The notes under the pieces are model-generated. The model saw only the letters and a program-made list of their open reading frames with translations, ran no database searches and was not told where the DNA came from. A stretch of 64,000 nucleotides of DNA from the NCBI GenBank assembly GCA_013239625.1, contig MU053758.1:3643490-3707489 (forward strand), written 5' to 3'. How positions within the stretch are numbered: the stretch's first letter is position 1; the number at the start of each line of letters is the position of its first letter. The position numbers and the translations under genes are program-made. This stretch comes from Lama guanicoe (Eukaryota). Positions 36,291 through 57,272 of the stretch are shown in pieces.

Positions 36291-36465
36291 GAGGAGGGTG
36301 TAGCTCAGAGACAGAGTGCATGTTTAGCATGCCCAAGGTCCTGGGTTCAACCCCCAATACTGCCATTAAAATGAATGAATGAATGAAAGAATGAATAAAT
36401 AAGCCTAATTATCTTCCCCTTCCCTAAAAAAAAATAAAAGGAGGGGTTTTTTTTTAAGTTAAAAA
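36291..36465 (+). mobile_element. vic-1-like SINE
   Basis: gaggagggtgtagctcag...gtcctgggttcaacccccaatac; TSD aaaaa(c/t)actggaccag. Confidence 0.85.
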
Positions 36466-37574
36466 AATACTGGACCAGTGCCCACTGTAACTGAATGAAG
36501 GAACCAGACAACAACAGGAGATTCACACTCAATATGGAAGTTCATTTACTCATCTGTTCATTTCCTTGATTGGCCAGGACCCAGAAGCGAGAGCTGCAGA
36601 TCCCCAAGTGCTGCAGAAAGAAAGTGGCTGTGCTAAGAATACTTGACAAGCAAAAGGCAGGTGGAGGTGCTGAGAAGCTGCAGAGCCCCAGGGGTGCCCC
36701 TCCCCCACCTCAGAGAGGAGCCACGTGGAAGGTGGGCTTCAGACATGGGTGAGTCACTTGCTTCCCAGCTCACTCCCTTTGTAGTACAGGAGGGTCCCCA
36801 CTGATCCCTGGATGACCACTGGAACGGCCAGGCTGGACAGGCCATAAATCACAGGCTCTGGGAAGACGCCTACCAGGTTGGCTCCTCTCTCCAGTGGGCC
36901 CCAGGGCTGTGACACTGGAAGCTGGGGCATCACTGAGTATAGCATTTCCTGGGGGCGGCTGCCTGTCACAGCCTGCCTGCAGCAATGAGCCTTCAAAAGG
37001 TCTTCATAGAGCTTGACGAGCAGGGGTTGCTGCTACAACCAGAAACCGTGGCTGTAGAAAACTGAGCTGCAGATTGGTTACTGGGGCCGAGTGCCCCAGT
37101 GTGAGAGCGTTTCCTTGCCCAGAACTTTCACCCACCCACTGTGGGTGCAGGTGTAATACGCAAGCTTCCCCTACAACATCCTCACGTCACAGAGGGCCGT
37201 CAGAACAGCCAGTAGTCAGTTATTCGGGATTCATAGGTAGCTCCCCAACTCCTAAAAGAGCAGAGTAACTCCTTCTCACTGCCCTCTGTTGCTAACAGGG
37301 AGGTTTTGTGTTACCTCTTTAATGATACCCCATGGAGGAGTCATCTCTGCTCCCTGAGTGACCATCTGGTGTCTCTCTGGGGAGCACAGCCTCTAAGATG
37401 CAGCAGTCTTCTCAAAAAGGGAGGGGTCGCTGAGCGTGGGGGCCCTGGTCTCAGGGCAGGAGCCCCGGGAAGGACCAGGCAATAGAAGGAAAGGGGTGCT
37501 AAGGCGGAAACAAGAGGGCCCGGACAGGCCCCAGAGCTCCGACTCCAGCACCTTCTGTCCCCTCTGCATCACAC

Positions 37575-37785
37575 CTTTCTGTTGAAGGGCCAGATCGTAG
37601 CTATCCTAGGTCTCATGGACCACACAGCGTTTCTGCACTACAACTGCTCGACTCTGCCCTGTGGCACAGGGCAGATCCAGCCGATACAGAAGCGAGTGGG
37701 TGTGGCCCTGTTCCCGCTGAAGCTGCTTTTCCAAAACAGGCAGCAGCTGCATTGGACCTGTGAACTGTAGTTTGCCAACCCCTGT
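37575..37785 (-). mobile_element. MER58A-like MITE
   Basis: tttctgttgaagggccagat...tagtttgccaacccctg; reverse-complement similarity to 13390-13585. Confidence 0.65.
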
Positions 37786-38433
37786 GCTCCATGGCACAAT
37801 GAATGAGGTCTGAAACTTGGGTCCTCAGAGCATGTGGGGAGACCTAAAGTCAGCTCTGGAGTCAGAGGGCTGGGGTGGAGGGAGGGCATCCCCCAGGTGG
37901 ACACCAGACCTGGACACTGGACCCGCCACTCTTCCAAGGCATTTAGTCCAATACTGGAAGTTCATCCAGATGCTCTTTAACTTTGGAGCGAAGTTCATCT
38001 GGCCGAGGGATGGTGTTGTGGTCGTAGCTGTTGCAGTTCCTATGACTTCTGAAATGTGGGCATCAAATAGCCCAGAAAAATGACTCAGCCGCCATAGTTG
38101 GGGAAAATCAAACACAAGGGGGACTTGTTACCAGAGCAGATTTTCTTTAAGCAACATTTACCAAGCACTTAACATATGCCAGGCATCGTGAGAAGCATAT
38201 TCACATGCATTCCACCCCCAAAGATTTGGTGAAGGAGGTAGAATTATCCCCATTTCTGCACGGGGAGGAGACAGAAATGCACAGAGGTTAGGATATCTGC
38301 CAACATCACACAGCACATTTGCAGTAGAACTGGGATTCCAGCCCAGGTTTTTTAAAGCCAAAGTCACCTTACAGCGAGATGCTGGTTGGTGTGTTTGGTG
38401 ACTTATTTAGGGCTAAGGGAGAAGACTGTGTGG

Positions 38434-38548
38434 CTTTTTTGTTGTTGTTGTTTTGGTTTAGTTTTTTAACGGAGGTAGTGGGGATAGAATCCAGGACCTT
38501 TTGCATGTTAAGCGCGCGCTGTACTACTAAGCTATTACCCCCCGCCCC
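38434..38548 (-). mobile_element. vic-1-like SINE
   Basis: Reverse complement of the same tRNA-like head; TSD ggaga(a/g)gact. Confidence 0.8.
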
Positions 38549-40012
38549 AGGAGAGGACTATTCGGAAATAGACTTATCTTGACCAATTGTTCAAGAAGGT
38601 AGACATCAAATGATCTTAGGAACTTCCTGTCTAGCAAAATCGAGATCGTTGCCTTCATAGGCTAAGATTGACAAAACCCCCAAAGAGAACTGTTTTATTG
38701 TTAGTGATTTTTCCAGTTACCACCTGGCATACCCTTTTTTTGGATCATATTGTAAAAGTTTTCCCAACATAGTAGGGAGGGTAGCATTCAGTGCAATTCA
38801 GTTCCTAAACCACCCAGCCTCTCCATCACAGTGTCTGACTCCTGGGCCCTTCTCTCTGGAAGTGTCCCCCTCTGGCCAGGCTGCCCTGAACAGCCACTTG
38901 GCTCCAGTAGGCCCTCCACTCACTCCACTAGGGTAGCAAACGGCAGACGTGAAGCCCAATCTCTTTGATGGCTTTGGGAAAAGTTGTATCTTTGAAACGC
39001 AGGTCCTTTCTTTCCCAGTCCCTGCTCAGGGAAGATCCTGCAACCTGTGGGAGTTTCTCCCAAGCATCAAATACGCCAGAGGTTTTATTACTTTACCATG
39101 GTCCTGCCTAGGTTTTCCTATAAACCTGAGTTAATTAAATCCAAATGCTTTGATAGGAGGTCAGAGTTCCTCTGAGAATCCCCACCTGTGTAGCCCTGGG
39201 TCCAGTTTCCAGGAGGTCCTGATGCTGGTGGGCATAAATATTTCCCAAAGCCTATGCCCATGGCTTCTTCATCCATCAAATAAGAGAGACGGGCTTAGCT
39301 TGTGACGTCTCTAACTTGGAAGTACCAACCAAACATGGATGATGGTGGCCACCTGTGTCCAGCCAGGGGTGGCACTCCTGGCCCTCGGCTATGGGGCTTG
39401 GTTTCACATAAAAGAGCTTAAACCGGCATTTGGGTGGTCAGATAGGTCTTGGCAAGTCGGAGTGACACACAGGTGTGGAAACAGGGACCAGGATTGGACA
39501 ATATGTGCTAGGGAACAGGGAGCCTACAGAGGTCCCCATAGTGTCCAGGGGCCTGGACTCCTGGCCTGTGACTCCTGTGTGATGGCTCCCATCACGGCTC
39601 TGGCCACAACCTGAGATCTAGGCTCCTACTGAGTCACATGCTCAAAGGATGAGGAGATTCTGAGTTTGGTAGTTGCAAATTCTTTTTAAAAGGGAAATTG
39701 TGTTCCTAGGAAAGAGTTTCAGCATCTCAGAGGGAATATTTCTATTCTTAGAGACATGAAAGCAGGGGAAAGGGGAAAATATTAATTAGCCTGAAATAAT
39801 AAACGCTGGTGCCTGGAGAAAGTATAAAGAGCCCAGAGAGACCCACTGGGCTTGGCAGCGGAATGCTTGGCTCCAGTTTCCACCTGTTGGTTGTGTGTGC
39901 CTGTGAGCACATCTTTCCATCCCCCTGGGACTTAGACTCCCTGTCTGTAAATGGGAGGGGCTGGGCCAGCTCATCTGTAAGGCTCCTTGTGAGTCTGACA
40001 GTTTAGGACACC

Positions 40013-40417
40013 ACCATCCAATAGAACTTTCTCCAGTAGTGGAAATATGCCATGATCTGCACTGTCTGGTATGATACCGCGAGCCCCATGTATATACTGA
40101 ACACTTGAAATGGCTAGTACCACTGAGGAACTGAACTTCTCCATTTTCTTTCATTTTATTTAATCGAAAAGTAAATAGTCACATATAAGGACCTACTGTG
40201 TAGCACAGAGACCTAGATTCAATTTCTTGTAATAAGCTGTAATAGAAAAGAACCTGAAAATATAGGTACAGATATGTATATATGTATGTATAACTGAATC
40301 ACTGTGCTGTATACCTGAAACTAACATTGTAGATCAACTACACTTCAATAAAAAATAAAAATTTTTTTAAAAAAAAGGTAAATAGCCACATGGAGTTAGT
40401 GGCTACTATATTGGACA
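40013..40417. mobile_element. MER3-like hAT MITE interrupted by an L1 3' end (about 40186-40375)
   Basis: Ends tccaatagaactttc.../...tatattggacag. The L1 insert is flanked by TSD aaa(a/g)gtaaatag(t/c)cacat. Confidence 0.75.
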
Positions 40418-41661
40418 GGACAGGCCTGGGATTCTAGATCCAAAGATTTGGTTCTGCTCAGTCTGGTGTTGGTGTCTGTCAAGCTAAGCACATTCTAGAC
40501 AAATTTTGCACAGGGACTGAAAGGAAGGACTGCTGGTTTGCACTCGGTTATTAGAACATCCATTGAGCCAGGAGCCCCTCTCCCTTGGCATTTCAGCTCA
40601 TGGGATTTTGAACCTCCACCTCCAACCGGTCACCACAGCTGGCTGAGCAGTGTGTTTGTGTCTCCCTCCCAGCCAGGCATGCGTGCAGAATCATGTCCCG
40701 AGAGCCTCAGGCAGCTTCAGGATCTAATCTGTTTCTCATCATTTCTTGGCAAGTCCGGAGGGCAGATCCTTAATAGAAACATCACCTCAGCTCATTAAGG
40801 AAGAACTATGTGTTTGGGGGGTGAGGTTCAGAAAGGTATTGAAGATTGCTGTTCCCAGCTCTCTTGTCTTTACCTGCCATGGCCCAGCTATTTCCCACTG
40901 GACCCTTTACTGAGTCTTTCAAATTCATCCCTGGTTTTTCCATCCCCACTGTCATTGCCTTAGTGGAGACCCCGTTAGCTTCTCCCATGTGCTGTTTGTC
41001 AGTTTCTCCCTGCCTCTCAGCCATCCTGTTTACACTCCTTGGTGGAACTTACTAAAATACCACTTCAGTTGTGTCATCTCTGGGTTCACATCATGCAGCA
41101 GCCTTCCCACTGCCTTCAGGACAGAGTCCAGGCTCTTCCTGGGGTACCTGAGCCCCCCCACCCACTGGCTTCCTGCTATTGAAACTTCAACCCCACAGGT
41201 CTTTCACAGGAGCCTGCTGCTCCTGCCAGCAGGGCCATTCAAGGCCTGACTTCTGCCTCCTTGTAGACTCCACATACCTAGACCTGTCCTTTGCATTCTG
41301 TCAAACTTCCAGGCCCATCCCAAATGCCACCAGCTACATGAAGCCCTTCTGCTCTCCCCCAAGCTGGTACTTCTCCCAATCTTTGTCCGTGTATACTCTT
41401 TCTAGGTAGGAATTTGAGGATGTAGCAGAGTGGCTAGAATTAGGCTACAGTGGGACCATCCGGACCTGAGTTCAAGTCTTTGTCTTTGCCTGTAACCTTG
41501 GCCAACAGAGTAAACCACTCCCTGAGCCTCAGTTCCCATCTCGAAAATGGACGCAATGCCTACCTTACAGGATGGTTGTGAAACCTGCATGAGTTAACTT
41601 ATGTAAGGTGATCAACAGAGTGCCAGGTGTATTATAAGTGCTCAATAAATGGTAGTTATGG

Positions 41662-41688
41662 TTATTATTATTATTATTATTATTATTA
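41662..41688. repeat. (TTA)n microsatellite at a MIR tail
   Basis: Direct reading. Confidence 0.9.
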
Positions 41689-42076
41689 GACTTTTATTGA
41701 GGAAGGAATGAGGCATTACACACGCTGGTAAGCTCCCTCTCTTATTAGAAGTGTCCAGACAGTGGAAATCACATTTTTTGGTATCCTTTGCACCCAGCTG
41801 TGTTTGCAAAGACTCACCATTTCAATTGCTTGAGCATCTCAGGGGCCTGGAAGGCCTATATTTGAGTCCTGGGTCCACTACTTACTGGCTCTGTGACCTT
41901 GGGCAAGTTTCTTAACCTCTCTGAACCTCAGTGGCCTCATTTATAAAGGGGAGAAAATAATGGTACCTTTTTTATAGATTGTTGCAAGGATTAAATGGAG
42001 CACTAACAAGGTGTCTGGCTGGAGGACTGTCACACGGGTTAGCCAGCCCCTAAGGTGGAACTGCCTGAAGATTTTT

Positions 42077-42111
42077 TGAATGAATGAATGAATGAATGAA
42101 TGAATGAATGA
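42077..42111. repeat. (TGAA)n microsatellite
   Basis: Direct reading. Confidence 0.9.
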
Positions 42112-42447
42112 TCCCATTGTACCAGCTGCAATGAGGTTTGGAGGTGGCGCTATCTCAATATTATTCTCAATTATAGTAGGTCTGGCGGAGGTTTCTGGCC
42201 CAATTATCTCCCTCCTCTCTCTATTATTTTATTACTTGGCTCTGGATCGGTTGTTTTAACTGGTTTATGGCATGCAGGCCTTTTTAGCAAATGCCTCTCC
42301 AGACTCTACAGAAGCAGAGGGGTCATAAAAATAAATATAGAATTTGGCCTCATTCCTCTTGAACCCAACTGAGTAGGATCAGCTGGTGGATACAGAGCAC
42401 AAATGGCAAGTTGAGAAAGACATGTCTGCGGGGCCCCTGAGTGAGGC

Positions 42448-46091
<3,644 letters not shown>

Positions 46092-47170
46092 GTTGGAGAG
46101 GCTGCCACTACCTGGGCTACAAGGACCTGAATTGCTAATGTCCTCCAGCCCCATTCTGCCCGGGACCTTTCTGTACCCTTGGGGGCAGGGGGCTCATGCT
46201 CGAAAGTCCTCATGGAGTGGTGTTGATGACCTGGCCCCAGAGGAAGCTGCTAATTAATTTGTAATTTGGTTTTCAGTAAGGAGTTCCTTTCACCATAAAA
46301 GAGGCCAAGCTTGTCATTTGGCTAACCCAGGACTCCAGGCTTCCATCACTGATCACAGGAGACAGCTTCCAGACCCATCTTCAAAGGACCAGCTCCTTCC
46401 CTGGGCTCTCATTAGCAGGATGGGGCTGCCAGGAGACCACGGCAGCCTGGGCCCCTGTACCCTGACCTACTCCAGCCCTGATAATGGCCACAGTTCTATG
46501 GGGCAGTGGCCACTGCTTTTAATGAGAGCATCCCCTGTGGGAAGAGGCCTGGCCCCTTAAGGAGGGAATGTGTGGGTAACTAAAGCAGCACTGATACTGG
46601 GAGTAGTGTAAATCCAGGGAGGAGGGAAGACCTCTGAGGTGTCTTCATGTGGCTCTTCTTCCTCGGGGGAAGAAAATGATCACAGGGAGGAGAGAGCAAA
46701 CTCAAGACACCACAGAAAGCCTGAGAATCGGGGACATCCTTTCCGCCGGATGCTGCTGAGAAAGAGAGGGGCGAGGACGCCCCTCTGGGAATAGGAGGTC
46801 AATGTCGTGAACACCCCCGTGAGACAGATACTGTCTCTGGCTCCTCCCCTTCATTTCTCGCTGCTCCACGTAGAGTTGGGAGAGTTCGGTGGTCGTTGGC
46901 TGCACAGGCTGGAACTGGCTCTGCTTTTACTTTCCGCAGTGGAGGGCTCACTGCGGGACCTCAGAGACCCGGAGCAGGGTGAATCTGCTCCCTCGAGAAG
47001 GGACACTGTAGCCCTGGAAGCCAGGGGGCCAGGAGCAGGTATCTTCCATTAGAGAAGCCCTTGGGCGCTTCCTAAGAAAGCAACAGGAGAGACGGTGGTT
47101 TTCAGTCATTGCCTGCAATACTCGTGGGCTCACACGTGCCGTGTTTCATACGCGTGTGTTACAGAGCCCC

Positions 47171-47236
47171 CTTTTTTTAATAGAGATACTGGGGATTGAA
47201 CCCAGGACCTCGTGTATGCTAAGCACATGCTCTACC
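47171..47236 (-). mobile_element. vic-1-like SINE
   Basis: gatactggggattgaacccaggacctcgtgtatgctaagcacatgctctaccaactgagctacaccccc. Confidence 0.85.
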
Positions 47237-47752
47237 AACTGAGCTACACCCCCCTCAACATAGCCACTTTCTATTCATGCATCTTCTCAATTTAATATTG
47301 AAGTATAAGTGCTCTCTTGTTTTTTATTTATTTCTGGAAGTGTTGGTGAGGGATAGGAAAGGGGAAAGCCCAGCCCTATTTCCTGAAATCTGTTCCTTGA
47401 GAACAGTCAACACAGAGAGGCTGCCTTCTTCTGTGTGATCTTGGGAACGGCACTTTACCTCTGTGGGCCTGAGCTGCCTCAGGCAAATTGAAAGCCTTCG
47501 ATTAAATCATCTCTCAGTGAGATTGCCTGCAGCCACCATCAATTCCAGTTCCTTTGTCTGAATTAACTATTTAGAGAAGACAGTGGCATTGGGCAAAAGG
47601 AGATGTAAATACCAGCTATGTGAAGGGGGGCTCAACAGGCCAGCCTTCAAGATCATCACCAGCACTTGTTGAATATATACAAGTACCAGGCACTGTGCTG
47701 GGTGCTTAGCATTAAATTGCCCATTTAATCCTCACCCCAAAAATATAAGATC

Positions 47753-48240
47753 TAGGTATACCTTGGAGATATCACAGCTTTAGTTCCAGACCACTGCAAT
47801 CAAGCAAGTATCACAGTAAAGCGAGTCACATGAGCTTTTGGATTTCCCAGTACAGGTGAAAGTTATGTTTTCACTGTACTGTAGTCTATGAAGTATTCGA
47901 TAGCATTATGTCTTTTAAAAATGTACATACCTTAGCTAAAAAATACTTTATTGCTAAAAAATGCTAACCATCATCTGAGCCTTCAGAGAGTCGCATAGCA
48001 GTAACTGATCACTGATCACGGATCACCATAACAAATATAATAATCATGAAAAAGTTGGTGAGAATTAGCGAAAAGTGACGCAGAGACACGAAGTGAGCAA
48101 ATGCTACTGGAAAAATGGCGCCAGTAGACTTGTTTGATGCGGGGTTGCCACAGATCTTCGATTTGTTAAAAAAAAAAAAAAAGAACTCAGTTACCTGTGA
48201 AGCACAGTGTGGCAAAGTGCAAGAAAATGAGGTCTGCCTG
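47753..48240 (-). mobile_element. Internally deleted Tigger1-type DNA transposon with both terminal inverted repeats
   Basis: Ends taggtataccttggagatat... and ...aaaatgaggtctgcctg match the Tigger1 TIR CAGGCATACCTC. Confidence 0.85.
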
Positions 48241-48530
48241 CACTCATGACTGTAATGAGAAGTGGTGGTTCTCAAAGGGTAGCCTCCAGACCTGCAGTGT
48301 TGACGTCAACCAGGAACATGTGAGAAATGCAGTTTCTCAGGTCCATCGCAGACCAGCTGAGTCAGGCTCTGAGGGTGAGGCCCAGCCATCCATTCTTAAT
48401 AAGTCCTCCAGGCTGTTCTCAGAACCCCTGAGGTGTAGGAGCATATATATCTTAGTGTCTACCACCTTATTCCTCTTGCAAAAAAGACTGTCTAAATTTG
48501 AAAAAAAAAAAAAACATTAAGAAGTTCTTA

Positions 48531-48660
48531 GGGGGAGGCCATAGCTCAGTGGTAGAGCGCATGCTTACCGTGCATGTGGTCCAATCCCCAGTACCTCCAT
48601 TAAAAAAAAATAAATAAAAACCCAGTGACCTTCCCCTACCAAAGAAAAAGAAAAAAAAAG
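48531..48660 (+). mobile_element. vic-1-like SINE
   Basis: gggggaggccatagctcagtggtagagcgcatgctt...; TSD ttaagaagttctt. Confidence 0.85.
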
Positions 48661-49800
48661 TTTAAGAAGTTCTTGGAGTAAAAGATGGGACCTCCCCACC
48701 AAGTGCCTTTCTGTTGGCTGCCAAGCCATCCTAGGGAGAAAACGGGGAAGAATTTGAAGTTTCCAGGGCAGTCAAGGCAGGAAGGGGTGGGAGGAGAGAG
48801 AGGCTGGAGCTAAGAGGAGAGGCACCAGGCAGATAGTGAGAGGCTGTGCGCTGTGCAGCGCGGTCCCCACCACAGTCCCGGGAGCTCTTCAGAAAAGTCC
48901 GCTAAGTGCAAATGCTTGGTGTGAACGGTGTTTTTACATTATGAAGGAGGGACAGGGTCTCACATTCAAGTGATGCAATAAAGGAGAGACACAATGTTCA
49001 AAGCCACAGAAGACCAGGGTTCCAGCCAGCATGCCAGACCTTGGGGACGTTTCCCAGGTGTGGAAGTGGCGGGGGGGAGAGGCAGCCTCAGGGCAAGAGG
49101 GTGCACAGTTTCCAAATCTAGGTCTCTCTCCATCCAGAGCCTTTCCCCTGGACCCCAACCCCTCTGAGGCCAAAGCAAACTACTGGGAAAATAAGTTTAT
49201 TAGGAAAAGGGAAGGGAGAGATGGAATAGTGATGCAAAGAAGTGGGAAGAAACAAAGAGGAAATACTGCTGAGAGTCTGGGGCTGAATAGGTCCAGAATG
49301 AAGGACCTGTTTAAATCAGGGCAGGTAGCATGCCTGTCGGGGCCTGGCCCAAGGCTGTCTCTTTCCTCCATTCTTTACAAAAACAGAATGACCTCAGAGA
49401 AAAGACTTACAAAATCTGAATGTAGGTACTTCTACTGTCCAAAAAAGGCATTTTGCCAACCTGCCCACACATAGCACTTTCCACCAGCATTTTAGAGTCT
49501 CATCTCAAAATGCAAACAGAAGGATCGCCAGACATTTGAGAGATGTTTCCAACATTAAAAAGCAGAGACAAGACCAAACAAGCAAAGAAGCAAAACAGTG
49601 AAGAGGAAATTGGAAGAAAAAAATTCAGAATCTAAAATAACCTATTAAGGAAAACATATGTATATATTATTAATAACCTCAGAGTTAAGTATCGCAGTTG
49701 CAACCTTGAAACAAGAGCTGGATGTTAGAAAAGAGGAACAGAGAACAAAACGAGAGCTCTTTGAAATTAAAAATATAACTGAAATTAGAATTTCAGTTCA

Positions 49801-49932
49801 GGGGGCAGGTGTGTAGCTGAGTAGTAGAGCACGTGCTTAGCAGGCACAGGGTCCTGGGTTCAATCCCCAGTACCTCCATTAAAACAAAAAAAAAAATTTA
49901 AGAACACCTTATTTTAAAAAGGAAAAAATTTT
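49801..49932 (+). mobile_element. vic-1-like SINE
   Basis: tRNA-like head; TSD tttcagttcag. Confidence 0.85.
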
Positions 49933-51132
49933 TCATTTCAGTTCAGATGTTTTAAATTAATGGAGAGGAAAAAAAAAAGCCAGAACTAAGGGATAATCAA
50001 AAGTACAGTATAGGGGTCAGATGGCACCAAGGGCTACATCAGAGCTGCCTGGAGCCCCCTGAAATCCCAGCTGCCTTGACAAAAAGCCCTCCACTTAGTG
50101 AAGGAACTTAACCCTGTCCACACGTAGAAATCACCTGGAGAGCTTGTAAAACCCCAACACCAGTTCATATTCCAGACCAATTAAATCAGGATTTCTGGAG
50201 ATCTGACCAGGCATTCATATTTTTTTTCAAAGCTCTGCAGGTCATTCCAATGTGCAGCCATGGTTGAGAACCTCAGGCCAAATTGAAAGTACATTATAAC
50301 TGAAAAACGCAAGCAGATGAAGGAAATAATAATTGGGGGCAGGGCCTCACAGGACCTGGTGAGCTCTTTCGTGGAGGGAGAATAGGTTTGGAAGGGGCTT
50401 GCTGTAAAGAAGAGTGTGGCTTTGTCAAAGAGATAACTGGGACCCATGTGCTCAAGAGCGCCAGGTGCTGCTGGCTGGCTGCAGCTTCCCCTGCTGGCTT
50501 TGCTCAGAGTCAGAATTCGCTAGTCCTGTAAATGCATAGCCTCTGTGGCTGCCTGGTTGACCCCAGGCATTATGGCTTGGAGGAAGACCTAAGAAATGCA
50601 GCCCAAGGCACGGAAAACGTGGGTGACCACCCTTAGACCAATCCCAGCATCCAGCTGGAAATGGAGTTGATGATGTTGACCAATTTTCAGACTCTCAGCT
50701 TGGACTCATCAAAGCATGAGGGAGCTTACAAGACAGTAAGTGTCACGTTCTCTATTTCACTGATGAGGAAACCGAGGCTCTGGCAGGGACTACCACCTGT
50801 TAAAGCCCCCATAGGCAGTAAGTGATGGGGCTGAGATTTGAACCCAGGTTAGGCTGACCACGTTTGGAGCCCATGTCCATCATACTAAAGCCATGGCCCC
50901 CTTTAGCTGGCCTCCTTCCACCACTGCGGCAGGATGGAAAAGAAGCAGTAAGTGGGTGTCCTTCCCGTCCCAGCCTAAGGCCTCCCTCCAACGAGGGTCA
51001 CTCCTGCCCCTGGCGCCTAACACGCTACCTGGCTCAGAGAGGCACTCGGTGAAAGGCTATTAAGTGATCCAAATTATCCTGAAACCATCACCCTCTTCAG
51101 GTGGCTGAGCCTCAGCAAAACCAGCCGAGGTT

Positions 51133-51252
51133 GGGGGTGGGGAGTATATCTCAGTGGCAGAGCACCTGCTTAATGTGCATGAGGTCCTGAGTTCAATCCC
51201 CAGTGCCTCCATTAACAACAACAAAAAAAGAAAGAAAGAAAAGAAAAAAAAA
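51133..51252 (+). mobile_element. vic-1-like SINE
   Basis: tRNA-like head and A-rich tail. Confidence 0.8.
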
Positions 51253-51773
51253 AGCCAAGTTATTCCAAGAAGACAGGAGCTGAGGTGGTACAGGGCACCA
51301 GGAGCAAGGGGGACTGAAAGAAACCAAAGCCCCAGGCCCTCCTTTACAGGGGGTTGGAAACGGGAGAACTCTAAAATTGAGTTAAGAGGAACTATACTAG
51401 GTACCCTTAAAGGGTCGCAGTGGGGGAGGCTCTTGGGCCCACCTTGGTCAACATCTTTCACTAATCTGTTCTCTACCTTTCTGTCTCAGACAATTTTGTC
51501 TTCATCCTTCTCCATTTCCCATGGGGGTCGATGGGGCTTGCTGTTTGCCTGGTCTGTTGAGGAAGGACGTTCTGGGCACAAATGAGAGTCTTTTGTCCAA
51601 GACGCTGGGAGCTCCCACTTTTATGCAGAAATACTTTGAGACCCCAAGGCACTGGGTGCTGCATCAGACGTCAGGAGCACACGAGAACAAGCTTAGTCTC
51701 TTAGGAACAAGAATCTCTGAACTGTGGGCGGAACTCACAATGGGGGGCTTCAGTCTCCCATCTCCTGCTTTAC

Positions 51774-52212
51774 TTTTTTTTAACTCAAGTAGAGTTGATT
51801 TCCAGTGTTGTGTTAGTTTCTGACTTACAGCATAGTGATTCCGTTTTATATATATTCCTTTTCATATTCTTTTTCATTATAGGTTATTACAAGATATTGA
51901 ATATAGTTCCCTGTGCTCTACAGTAGGACCTTGTTGTTCATCTATTTTATATATAGTAGTGTCTGCAAATCCTAAACTACCAATTTATCCCTCCCCTACT
52001 TCCCTTTTGGTAACCATGTTTGTTTTCTATGTCTGTGAGTCTGTCTCTGCTTTGTAAATAAGTTGATCTGTATCATCTTGTTAGATTCCACATGTAGGTG
52101 ATACCATATGATATTTGTGTTTCTCTGTCTGACTTACTTCACTCAGCGTGATCATCTCTAGGTCCAACCATGTTGCTGCAAATGGCATGATTTCATTCTT
52201 TTTTATGGCTGT
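51774..52212 (-). mobile_element. LINE-1 3' fragment
   Basis: Minus-strand translation AIKKNEIMPFAATWLDLEMITLSEVSQTEKHKYHMVS is the L1 ORF2 C-terminus. Confidence 0.9.
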
Positions 52213-52739
52213 TCCATCTCCAGCTTTCAATGATCTCTGGGTTTTAAGGGGGTTGCTGAGCTGGAAGGGCTGTGTGAAAGAGCTGCCGAGGAAGAAGGGG
52301 TGGAGATAACACGCTTCTAGAAGCTGGGGACTTCTATGGAGTTTCCTGGATGTGGGATGCCATACTGCTGTTCTTATAAGGACCACAGGCATGAGGCTAC
52401 TGAAGTGGCCTAAAATGCTTCACATTACACTGATCTCAGCGTTATCCATCCTCCTCTGGGACCAGGGTGACGTTCGATACTGAGAGGGGTGTGGTCACAC
52501 CTGTCACCACACTGGAATCTTGGAGAAGGGTCTTCATCAGGAGAGCCGAGCTAAACGTCCCACTGTAGACCTCTAACCACCCCAAAAAGGGGCACAGGGG
52601 CCCTGTCATCCCCAGGGTCATACCTGGTCACACCTCCCCCATTTATCTGCCAAGAGTCACCGCTCTCCACCCAGCAGAGACACAAACCGCCAATACCAGA
52701 AGGGAGCTGGTTAGGCACGGAGAACCAGAGCAAACATGC

Positions 52740-52745
52740 TTTATT
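52740..52745 (-). terminator. KRT35 polyadenylation signal
   Basis: AATAAA on the minus strand about 320 nt after the stop. Confidence 0.6.
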
Positions 52746-53067
52746 GTTCCACCACAGAAGCCCTCTACTGCATTTCAGAGCCCACTGCAACAGCACCCGG
52801 GAGGAAAACCTGCCCCAGGAGGCAGCCTGAGAACAGAGATTCTGGCCCCCATTGAAACCACGAGGAGCTGAGGCCTTGGGGTGGCCAGCCTTAGCGACTA
52901 GCCTTGAGAAGGGTGAAGGCAAGTGTTCACTGTGAGCCTTCTCAGGGCCAGGCCTGGGCCCAGGCTCTGCACCAAGACAGGGGATTGGGCTTTAAAGGGT
53001 TAGGCTTGAACAGAGGCCAAGTCCAAGCCCCGGAGACAGCAGCCTTGGCTTTCTGGACCAGCCACTC

Positions 53068-57272
<4,205 letters not shown>

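Noticed and set aside
39420..39530. Possible degenerate keratin last exon (ctgtag|GCTCCCTGTTCCC on the minus strand); a similar hint SNPCS near 37015-37035
   Set aside because: Similarity is only a few codons and no other exons are nearby; an alignment to human KRT43P would be needed.
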